This document shows positions 50,772-61,943 of a DNA stretch of 64,000 nt, piece by piece. The notes below the pieces were generated by a model. The model saw only the letters and a list, made by a program, of their open reading frames with translations. It was not told where the DNA came from and did not search any database. The stretch covers positions 422,592,001 through 422,656,000 of the forward strand of contig CM126202.1 in the NCBI GenBank assembly GCA_052327205.1, in the 5' to 3' direction. Within the stretch, counting starts at the first letter, position 1. Every line of letters begins with the position of its first letter. A program made the translations under genes and the position numbers. The stretch is from Somniosus microcephalus (Eukaryota).

Positions 50772-53700
50772 GGGCTCGATTTTTATTTCCGAGGCGGGTT
50801 GGAGTCGGGTTGCGTGGTGGACGGGTTCTGGAGCCGTTTCCGGCGGGATCAGCTGTTGATGTCCGATTTTAATTTAATCAGCTTGTTGAGTTCATTGGGA
50901 CGCGCTGGCCGGTCCAATGAGTGCGATCAGGTCGGCTGACCGCATCTGATGACGTCATCATAGCAGCTGGTTTTAAATCTCCCATTCAGCCTCAGCCTTT
51001 CTCTTCTGCATTCTGATAGTCAGTGATGTTGCTCAATCCACATTGAGTTCTTCCAGAGGCATGGCAGCTCCTCGATTTAATGATGAGTCCCTCCATGCTC
51101 TTGTCGATGCTGTAACAGGGTGCCGAGAGATTTTCTTCCCACCGGATGGCTGGAGGAAGCCTCCTCAGCAGACCAGGGTAGCCTGGTTGCACATTGCTGA
51201 GGAGGTCAGCGCAAGGTCCATTTATTCAATAATGAGGGGTTTAGATAGAGTAAATAAGGAGAAACTGTTTCAAAAAGTGAGTATCCCATCACACTTACCT
51301 TCAATCTGCTTCCCTTCTCTTCTCATCACCAGCACTCTGCTTTGTAAGCCTGCTCCTCCACATCCCACCTTACCCTTACTTCTTCCCTTGCACCCTTACC
51401 TATTCATCTCTGTCTCTATACTGGATCACTTTAGCATCCTGCCTATGCACCCCTTAGACTCACTCTCACTGTCATGCAGTGACAACAACTAACAACGCAC
51501 AGGGAGCTAGCTTCCTCTTGGCACCATACCCCATCTTCGTCTCCCTCAAGGCTTCTATGGTAGGGATTCTTCACACTCAATCCATCAGTGTGGTTGAAAT
51601 TCCGCTTGTGTCCCTCCTTGCAGGAAAAGATAGCCCACAATAAGAGGGAGAGAGCACTGACTGGAGGAGGTACACCAACCCTAGCAACATTGACAAGTGC
51701 TGAGGAGGCTGCACACGAAATTGTTGGAGATGGCGACGATCTGGAAGTGGGCGATGGAGAGATGGGCACACTGGAGGAAGCTGGTGACATAATAGAGTTT
51801 CATCCCTCTCCTTGACATTTAGTGATTGACTGCAATGGCATATGATGTGCATAGAGAATCACGTTGTAACATCTGTTCAAAAGGATGTGTCTGCTACATC
51901 AATATCAGATGTCTAAATCATGCCTTTACTCTCCCACAGGACCATCGAGCACCCGCCTCCCCACGATCCAGGACGAAGATGCAGACTACTCCCCAGTGGA
52001 GCCTGAAGCCTCTGAGGGAGCAGCGTCACCAGGACTCAGCGCACCCAGCACCAGCACAGCAACGCACACCTCAGTGGGGCCCTCGCGAGTTAGAGTAGTG
52101 TTGCCACCTGGTCTATCACAGCGCACAAGTGAGCATCAGCAGATGGTGAAGACAGCGACAGCAGTGGAGAGTCCTCGGCGGAGGTCGCAGCAATCTCCTA
52201 GCTCTGCTGAACTGCATGCAGACGCTGTGCCTCTGGGCCCATCCAGAAAATACAGGAACAAGTGCAGGAGTCTCTGGAACGGTTTGCCTCCAGGGTTAGT
52301 GCGAGTGTGGATAGAATGGAGGAGTCCATCTCTAACATCAGCACTGCCATGGTGGAGGCAATGGCGCATGGACAGGACGGCAACCTCCACGGATAGAATG
52401 GCAACCTCTGTGGAAAGGCTGGCTACATCCGTGGAGGAAATAAGTCGCCAGAGTCAGGAAAACATGGTGACTGTTCAAAATAGAATGTCATCTCTGGAGG
52501 AGAGATGGGCAGCTATTGAGCAGAGACCAGAGCTTCATGGATGTCCTTGTGATGAGGACTGCCAGTGCAGATACAAGCCCTCATGGTCCCCCTGAAGTGC
52601 AGCAAGGTGCTCTCCAGCCACTTGCCAGCACTGAGGTGCGGCTGACCCATGAGAGGGATGTTGTTGGCAGGACACAAGGATGTATGGGCTCCTCTCAAAG
52701 CGCTCACACGACCATGCCACTGCGGAGCCCTCGGTCAGAGACCCACTTTGCAGAGACAACTGAGATGGCTGTTTCAGTCCCTGCACAGCCGCAGGAAGAG
52801 CAGACTGTTGAAGAGCCCTCCCAGGCTCCCAAACCCAGAGGACACCCGCCAAAGGCATCTAAGCAGGCGCAGCATCCTAGTCAGCAAGGTGCCTCTACAT
52901 CTGCTGAAGCCACAGGGGAAGCACCACATAGAAGCACACTTAAGAGAAAAATTAAACACATATAGTCATAAGGGGACTCACGTGGGTGTTTCGTCTTTTT
53001 TATCTGTCTGTTCTTGGTTTATGATCCTTTTGTCATGTGTAAAAGAAAAATTATGGCAAACAGTTGATTGTGTGGCCTATGTGTTATGGGAAATGGCAAA
53101 AGCACACTGAGGGCTCAGGGCGACTTGCTTTTGTAATGCTGATGGTGAAAGTGATAGGAAATAACAGGGTACAGCAGAGATTAAGTATGACGTCGGACAA
53201 GTGTCGCCTACAATTACAGAGCCATATGGTGGCCACCTATGGTTGAGGAATAAGCTTATGCAAATGTGGCATGGCAGTGTACATACCCTGCTTGATGGAC
53301 AACAGTGAACTGGAGGGATGCTGCATTGGTCACAACAGGGCATGCAAGGTGCCCCTCAACCTCCTCCTCCTCCTCTTCCCAGGAAGATCTGCGCTGAGCC
53401 ACGCAGCTGCTGCTCCTCCGATTATGAGGACCAGGATGTGAGGACATAAATCTTTTCCATCCCCTTGCTGCAGATTTCATTTGAGGCAACAAGCTTGCAA
53501 GTGCACAGTCGAAGTGGCCTGAAATTATTCCATTCAGGTCACACTGAAGATGGCTGTCATCTTGAACAGTCACAAGGTCAGTAGATGTGTAAAATATTAT
53601 CCCATACCTACAATAGCAAAGCTGTTGCATTTGAATGTCAGCCATGTTTCAGGGGCGCTTTTAAAGTGCTCCACCAATGACTACAAATCATGTCCTCCAG

Positions 53701-53994
53701 CAACTCATCTCCTTGAAGCTGACCTGTTTCTGACAAGTCAGGAAACAGGAGCCAGAAGCACGAAAATGGGAAACGACTATCAAAATAGGATTAGCAAGGC
53801 GGTTAACAGGCTCTTAGCTGCCTTAACTACCTGTCCCACTGGTTCCAGTCAGGTCAGTTTGGGAGCGGCTGAACAGACACTCACAAAAATCAGGTGGGGG
53901 CGGGATGGAGGTGGGTGTCTGAAGCCATTTTTTCTGATTTTCGCTACAGACCGGCCTCCAAACCTGCCTCCTCAGGGCTATTAAAATCGAGGCC
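50772..53994. mobile_element. Non-autonomous Harbinger retaining the Myb/SANT gene; transposase almost fully deleted
   Basis: TIR GGGCTCGATTTT / AAAATCGAGGCC; flanks TAT / TGT (host target TAT); homologous to 20833-30195. Confidence 0.9.
51061..52965 (+). pseudogene. Harbinger Myb/SANT-like protein, 3 exons (51061-51276, 51624-51783, 51940-52965)
   Basis: APRFNDESLHALV...W; same splice sites as the copy at 21112; frameshifts in exon 3. Confidence 0.85.
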
Positions 53995-54040
53995 TGTGCC
54001 TCTATTTATAAAACCTAAGATCCCATATGCTTTATTAACT

Positions 54041-54966
54041 CAGAAGCAAAATAGTGCGGATGCTGGAAATCTGAAATAAAAACAGAAAATGCTGGAAATA
54101 CTCAGCAGGTCAGGCAGCATCTCTGGAGAGAGAAACAGAGTTAATGGGGTTGATTTTCAGTGTGCTGTGAGGCGGGCTTTTAGGCGTGCGGAGGGCAAAA
54201 ATCCCGAATTCAGGGTCCCGACACCATCCCGCCCAAAACCCGCCTCCACGTAAGTTTCAAAGGAGGTGGGTACCCGCCCCGCACTGGGACCCACCGACCC
54301 GAGGCGGGAAGGGATTAGTGCCAATTAACTGCCCGTTAACAGGTAGTTAACAGGCAGTTTTTAGCCTAATCCCTATTTTGAGGGGTGTCGTGTGGGATTC
54401 CCGACGGCTCCAAACCATGCCAGGTTAGAGCAGGCGGGCCGTCGGGTTGAAGGACTTGGAGGGGTCACAATGTCGGTGTTCAGGTGAGTGATGGGTGCAT
54501 GAGTACAAACGTAAGTGTGTTTGGTGTGTCTAAAGTGTGTAAAGAAGTTTAAATTACCTGTACTTACCTTAACAGCCTTTCTTCCTCTAGGTTTTGGGTG
54601 TCCATCACTCAGCTGGCACTGAAAGCAAAATGGCTGCAAGCTGCCAAAAGTGACAGCCTTCAGCTTTCATTGCCGGTGAGAGTTCTAACTGAGTCTGTGT
54701 AGAAGGACTTAGGATAGAAGTCAGACTGTCGGTCAGATGAAATTTCAGTCTGTGACGTCACCTGTTGCCGGGTGGCCCTTAATTGGCCTGCTGAGCCGCT
54801 GGGTGGGCTCAACAAGGTCAATCAAGTTAAAATCGCGTGGATTGGCCGGACGTCGATGTAGGCGGGACTAAAACCCGTAAGTTGTAGTCCCGACTGCTGA
54901 ATGAAAATCGACCCCAATGTTTCAGGTCAATGACCTTTCGTCAGAACTTATTAATTAAGCGATTAT
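54041..54966 (-). mobile_element. Penelope-like terminal-repeat fragment with hammerhead core, split by a MITE
   Basis: 13-bp TSD TGCTTTATTAACT (54028-54040 and 54967-54979); minus strand reads AGTT-CTGACGA-A-AGGTC att GACCT-GAAAC-ATT|AACT. Confidence 0.8.
54146..54915. mobile_element. 770-bp Harbinger-type MITE
   Basis: TIR GGGGTTGATTTTCA / TGAAAATCGACCCC with a perfect 3-bp TSD AAT. Confidence 0.92.
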
Positions 54967-56402
54967 TGCTTTATTAACTGCTTTGTTAACCTGTCCTGCC
55001 ACCTTCAAAGAATTGTGCACAAACACCCCCAGGTCCCTCTCTTCTTGCACCCCCTTTAAAATTATAGCATTTAGCATGTATTGTCTCTCCTCATTCTTCC
55101 TACCAAAATGCATCACCTCACACTTTCCGGCGTTGAATTTCATCTGCCATGTGTCTGCCCATTCCACCAGCCTGTCTATGTCCTCTTTAAGCCCATAACT
55201 ATCTTCCTCACTGTTTACTACACTTCCAAGTTTCGTGTCATCTGCAAATTTCAAAATTGTGCCCTGTACCCCCCCAAGTCCAAGTCATTAATGTATATCA
55301 AAAACAGCAGTGATCCTAGTACTGAACCTTGTGGAACGCCACTGGATACCTCCCTCCAGTCTGGAAAACAGCCATTCACCACAACTCTCTGCTTTCTATC
55401 CCTTAGCCAATTTTGTATCCACGCTGCCACTGCCCCTTTTATCCCAAGGGCTTCAATCTTGCTAACAAGCCTAGTATGTGATACTTGACCAAACGCTTTT
55501 TGAAAGTCTATATACACAACATCAACTGCACTGCCCTCATCCGCCCTCTCTGTTACCTCATCAAAAAACTCAATCAAGTTAGTCAAACATGATTAGCCTT
55601 TAACAAATCCATGCTGGCTCTCCTTTATTAATCCATACTTGTCAAGTGGCTGTTAATTTTCTCCCAGATTATTGTTTCTAAAAGCTTCCCCACTGACATT
55701 AAACTGACCGATTTGTAATTGCCAGGTTTATGCTTCTCCCCTTTTTTCAACAAGAGTGTAACATTTGCAATCCTTGAGGTCCCCTCTCCAAGATTGGTTT
55801 GCCCTGAGGCAGCTGCACTCAGGGAAACCAGCTCCAGGGATCGCCTGCAACAAAGAAGCTAAGTAATTTACCTGATTGTGGAGCTAGGAGGAGCAGGAGT
55901 GCTTTTCCTGACCCGCATTTAAGTCCCTTCTGATCACTAATGCTCCCGGCCTTGATCCTCCTCCGGCCCCCCCACGCCCCATCCAGCCTCCTCTCCTGAC
56001 CCCCGATCAACCCCCGCTCCTGGCACTCAATCACCCTCCCGCGACATCCCATATCCCCAGACCCTCTAATCTCCGGCCTTGCGATTCCAGGCCCTACTGA
56101 CCCGACCCGTGGCCTTGGCCCCTGTGTTGTCTCACCCCTCCCCATCACACACCCGACGCCTGGACCCACTTACCTGAGGACCGTTGCGACACTAGCAGCG
56201 GCTCGCATTTTCTCTACTCTTCTCTAATCCTCACCGGCTGGCTGTTGCACCAAACCAGCTGAATTACAATGAGGTCCGAGGCCCAATATCAGGGGCACCT
56301 CAGACCTCACAGTTCTGGTGCCTGAATTTCTTTTCCCTTGTTTTGGTCCCACAACAATGTTTTTTTGCTATTGACAGATGAGCTTTCAAACACCCCACAC
56401 CT

Positions 56403-57234
56403 GGAAGGGAATTTTAACACCCCCCCCCAAAAAAAACCGGGTGGGTTAGGGTCGGTTAAAGTGTTAAAAATCTGATTCCCAACCTGCACCCACTTCCGGT
56501 TTTAACAGAGGCGGGACAGGGACAGGCAGTCAACCCGTTCCCAGGAGGCGGGTCAGCCATTTAAATATTATAATGAGGCTGGCGTGCCTCAGATTTAACC
56601 ATCATTTTAAATTTAACAGTGGCTGGTCGGATTTTGCAAGCCTCGTGAAACCCACCAGCTATGGAAGGCGAGGACTGCTGGATCCAGGAGGTAAGTGCCA
56701 TTACACTTACACCCTGAATATCCAGCATCCCTGTCTAACCCACCACCCCGCGATCAGAGACTACCCACAGCCGCCTCCCCCCCCCCCACCCCACCACAGA
56801 CCTCTGATTCCCCCCCAGGCCTCCGATTGCATTCCCAGCCTCCCGCCACACTTTCACCAATTCTCCTCCGGCCCCCCGACGTCATCTACCTCTCGCCCCC
56901 ATTATCCTCCGGCCCCCGGATGTCATCTACCTCTCCTCCCTGATGCTCCTCCAACCCCCCGACCCCCCACGCGATGAGTCCCCGGCCCCAGCCCCCGATG
57001 CTCCTCCGGTCCCCATGCGATCAGCCCTCATCCCTCTCTCCCTCCTCTGTGCGGCCAGGTGCTGCAGACCTACCCGCCTGCGGCCAGCCAACCTTTCCAT
57101 CTGGGTGGCTGTAGGCGGGAAACAGAGGTTTCAAATGCAAATCCGGGCCTGTGGGAATCCCATTCTCCCGGGTTTTTCAACCGCATCCAAGCCCTCCCTG
57201 CTCCCAACCCGCCAAAATATTAAAATTCAGGCCC
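56403..57234. mobile_element. Harbinger-type MITE with C-rich interior
   Basis: GGGAATTTTAAC ... TTAAAATTCAGGCCC termini. Confidence 0.7.
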
Positions 57235-59847
57235 TTGTGTCAGTTGGCTCCTTCAAATGCTGTGTAATCAAAATTTATAAGAAACTGCACCAATATAGAA
57301 AAATCTGACCCATCCAATTTGATCATGTGTATTTAATGCAGAAGCTTTACTGCACTCACATAAAGAAAATCCTGTAATTCCCCCTTGTTTCAACAAATCA
57401 TTTATTGCAAATAATTCACTTTCATTTCTTCTGAAGAAAAAATAAATTATGTGGTTACTGCCCTTTTGAGAAACAATTATGATTGTTATTCTTCATGCTT
57501 TCATAGTAAAAAGGAAATTTAATTAAGAATGAAACTGAAAATCTAGGAAGTGAAAACATATTTCTTAAGATTTCAGAAAGCCCAAATTAAAAAATACAAA
57601 ATCTGAGTTTTGAGGAATTAAGGATCAATGGAACATTGAAGTGAAACCACTGTAGCTTTCAAACATCTATCACAGATTCACCCTAATTACTGTGTAGACT
57701 TCCTGATGGATGACTTCGTAAATACGCTGCCCAGTGTAATATTAACCAAATGAATCAGAGAGGTTCTACGCTCAATCCCCAGTATGTGCTGAGTTAACTG
57801 ATCTCAGCCCAGGCAGTAAAGGACTGCTACAAATTGGCCTGAGTACTGGAAAGGGGAAATCAAGCAAGATTCAAATTCCTAAACATTATCCAATTACTCT
57901 TTCTGGAAAGTTAGCATGTGTGGACATCAGGTGAAGAATGGACAGGACAGGATCAGGCACAATCAGAATCAGACTGTGTCCCACAATCAAATTGCCTGCT
58001 GATTGTCACTGGGATGTGGGTGAGAAACTGAATGGCTATAAGAACCTGTAAAACCATACCCAAGCAAAAATCAACTACCCTGAAATTTCAGTGGTTCGAA
58101 AGGGTGTAAATGTAGTGGATGTAACTGGGGGATGGAGTTGGTTGGAATTTAGAAGTTAGATAGGATACACAAGTTTTACGCCGCCTTTAAGTTCTACCCT
58201 AAGTTCTGCTGGAAGTGAAGGAGTGCGTACGATAAATCCGCCTTATCTCAGGTGCAACCAGGCAAAAGGTGGGTTTAAAGCAGGATGACATCATGGGCGG
58301 AACTTTCAACTTTGAAATCAATAGAAAGGAAAATCAGGTGAGGTGTACAATGGACAACAAATCATCTCTTGTCTGTTTACGCTCCTGCCAAGTCTGGTGT
58401 TTACACTTTAGGATCTAAATTACGCCATGAGAAAACAGGGGTAACTTAGAGCAGCAGCTGAGGAAAGCTGATGTTGGGGTCTTAAAGGTGATTTTCTGTG
58501 TTTTCTTGTGGGGATAGATAAAGGCTAATAACTTTATTTTGGATTGTTCTTTTGCTCTTTATGTTGGCAGTGCCTAGATTCATTTGGAAGTATTCCTCAA
58601 GAGTATTTCTTTTTGGAAAATTTCCCTAAAATTAAGGGGATGCTGCAAAATGTTTTCCCCCATGTAGATTCCCAACATTATCATTTACGTGTTAGAAGAC
58701 AAGAAGGAGCAGCAGGCAACCTGAGCAGCAGGCAACCTGGGAAGCCAGGTTTATAAGGCAGCACCACGGATACAGGGCCGCCTACAGATACCCAGCCACC
58801 AGGGTGTATAGCCCCAGAAGATCATTCCTCAACATATTTGTGAAATGATGTGTTAGGAAGGCTCTGTGTTCTGTGGAATATGTGCAAACATTCTGGAGCA
58901 TCAGGATGCTCTTCATTGTAATGAAACCCTCTCTGGCAGTGCCACAAAGGATGGCATTGGACTCTGCCACCATTTCTGTCTGCCACCTGGTGTATTTAGC
59001 CTTTTATTTTTGATCAATGACAGCCTGGAGGTTATTGAAATTGTACTGCAACACTTGGATTCATCTGATTTTTCCTTTAAGTTATGCATATCAGTTTGTT
59101 TGGGGCTTAGCCACATAATAGATTGCTTTACAGGCACAAAAGATTGAGCCTTCCTATTGTCAGATGTTTCATGAATGAGGAGCGATTGCTTCACGTAGTT
59201 TCTTAGAATTCATTTGATTTTATTGCATGGTGCACGTGTATACAGACCTTGAATTGTGTCCCGAAGGCAGCATCATACATTCTGCTGCAGTGTGTCTTTT
59301 TTATAGGTTATGTATTCCCTGTGCTGCACACCATTGCTGACAAAGACAGACTCTGTCACTGCCACTCTGTAACCAGTCATAGACAGTGCATGGCATTAGA
59401 CCCCTCTCAGAGACTGATTCCCTTCTAGTTTTCACTCCATCCTTTAAGGGTACAACATTCTATGGAGTATAGTTTCTTCCTTTAGTAAAAGTGTTGAAAG
59501 TTTGCCCATTTTTATTTATGAGTGACACCTGTCCATCAAACCAGCAGTTTCATCTGAGTTCAGTCAGATTCACACTTCACAAAATGGATAAATCAGCCAA
59601 TCAGCGCATACCTGCTCTGATGATCATTTTCACACTGCTAACAAGCTTCTTGTGCATGGGCCATTAGACAGAGCTGTGCAGTGAGGAAATCAAATTGTTC
59701 AACCAATGGCTGCTTACACTATACACAAATCCTGGTTTTCAACTGTAATTTCTAGTATCTAAAGCTATTGACAGAAAAGTTGTTCTCTTCATTCTTGTGG
59801 ACACGTTACCGAAAGCTTATCTAGTTAAAGCAATCTCAAAAACATGG

Positions 59848-60391
59848 CGGGGTCGATTTTAACCCTACCTGCCCAGTGGAAACTGAGCGGGTGGAAAGTT
59901 ACTTCCCTGCACCTGAGCCGCTGGCAGGTGACAGGCTTGTATTTTAACCTGCTCTCCTGAGCAGGCATCAAGGAACTCACCCAAAGTTGGTGGGGTCCTT
60001 TTTAACATATCCGTGTCAGATCCCGATTACGTCACCAGGACCCGACTGCCATTTTTGTTAGTAGGCCAGAGTGGGAAACGGCAGGTTTCCCAATGTAGAA
60101 GTGGATTGGGGCCAGAAAATGCCCAAAAAGGTAAGTAGGAGTGCGCCTCCGGGCTGCCCATGGAAGTCTTAGGCCTCTCCTGCTGCAATCACGCCTCCCC
60201 CGATCGTGGGAACACGAATGGGATAGCTTGGCAGACAATCCCGCGCGTTCACCTCTCGGTAGGCAGCCTCTGGGCCATGTAAATTTGCACTGCTTCCAGC
60301 CTGGAGTTGGAATATCTGGGGCCTCTCTTTTGCTGCAATGGGTGAGTTTTCTCACCCACTGGAAACTGACCCCAGTTAAAATCGGGTCCAA
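59848..60391. mobile_element. Harbinger-type MITE
   Basis: GGGGTCGATTTTAAC ... GTTAAAATCGGGTCC termini. Confidence 0.75.
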
Positions 60392-61943
60392 AATTCTACC
60401 AACTAAACCAAATGGATACATGTGACAATTTTAGGACAAAAATATATGTATCTCAGGTATTCATATTAGGGATAGCCAGCAAAAATGGCCATATACTGTC
60501 CTTGCTTGGAGGATTTTTACATTCATTAAATTACTTTTGTCTTTATAAGGGGCAAAATGGTTAAATTGGTCAACAGCAGATTTTGAGCCATTTCCACATG
60601 CTGCTCGCTCAAGGGAAAGCACGAGAAAAGTATTTTCCTGATCGTTTAGAATCAAAAGGAATCAAAACATAACTTCCAAAGACATTACAAAAGATATATC
60701 TGCCTTTCACCAAAGTTCTGTGATTGCTTTTAAAAATGTATCTGATTGAAAGCGACTAAACTATGTATGGACGTGTCCAGGTAGGAGAGGCTGTCTGATA
60801 CAAGTACCGGAGCAGGCCTGCTGTCAATTGCACCATTCCAAGTTCTGGTCTCTCTCTCTTTTGTTGTTTTCATTTCTTAAGAATTGCAGCAGTGGCTCCA
60901 CGCTGGAGATTTTTGAATATGCAGTGCATGCTCTTGAACAGGCTGCAAATGATTTTTGCTTCTTTCCAGAACAACTTCAATCAGATACCTATCAAACAGC
61001 AAAAAAACACACAATTAAATAGATACTTTAATATTTTTTAAATGTATATTTTGTTGGGGTTAACCTGGTTGGTGCAGTTGGTGAATGCAAAACAGCACAC
61101 TGAGTCATATTCAAGCTAAAAATTCTGATGTGAACAAATGGTCTTGCTGGTGTGAAGTGAATGAGCAGGAGCTTGGAATTCTACACCTGGTTCTCTCTGC
61201 ATAATGTGCAAGAACTTAATTTAAATGATTACATTTATGCAAATAGCTACATGACGGAGCTGAACACAAAATCTTATTTGTATACAGAGTGTGCAGAGTA
61301 CGCTCAACCTACCCATTCACAATGTGCGTTAAAGGCCAGTCAGAAGCTGCGGCCTTTCGGAAAGTGCTGATTTTAAAGCTGGTCTGGACCATTTATGGTT
61401 GCTGCAATTTAATTAAAGTATTGGATACTGCTTTCAAGACTGCTCTCTCCTTGAGTTTGTTGGAAGAAGACCAAAGAAAGGACGCCAGGAAGATCCGTTT
61501 ACACCAAAGGGAGACTGTCTGCAACTGTCATTATCCAAGCAACTATAAACCCAGTTACAGATACCTGGCAACATCAGAGAGGCACTGCCATCACAGGCTC
61601 AGGTTCAGCTCCTGCCGGCCTTTAAATAGTTGCTTCAGCACAAGAAATCCCACCTCGCAGCGACAGCTCGCTGCATGGGGAGTTTCAAAAGTACCTATTG
61701 AGGGCTGAATGTGGAAGTAACAGTGGGAAAAGCGGTGCTGAAGCAGCAGGGCGAATGGCTTGTTGTACACCATTCCCACCCCAGGAGCACACGCATCAGA
61801 AAATTCACTTTGTACAGCAGGGAATGTCTAGGTTCAACCCTCAGCCTGAGTCTCGGCCAGCAGGAAGTGGAAGACTACAACTGGTTTCAGTATCCCTGGA
61901 CTGGGGGGGGGGGGGGGGCGGGAAATCAGCTATAGTTCCTTAT

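Larger units (their letters stand above)
50165..55775 (-). mobile_element. CR1 LINE in three pieces (50165-50771, 53995-54040, 54967-55775)
   Basis: RT fragments at 50469-50747, 54955-55254 and 55251-55586 are collinear once the inserts are removed. Confidence 0.9.

Noticed and set aside
58780-59400. Short ORFs as a host or transposase exon
   Set aside because: No recognisable motifs and stops in all frames.
60740-60990. Minus-strand exon after a good acceptor (TTTTTTTGCTGTTTGATAG)
   Set aside because: Frames are short, with no recognisable protein and no convincing donor.
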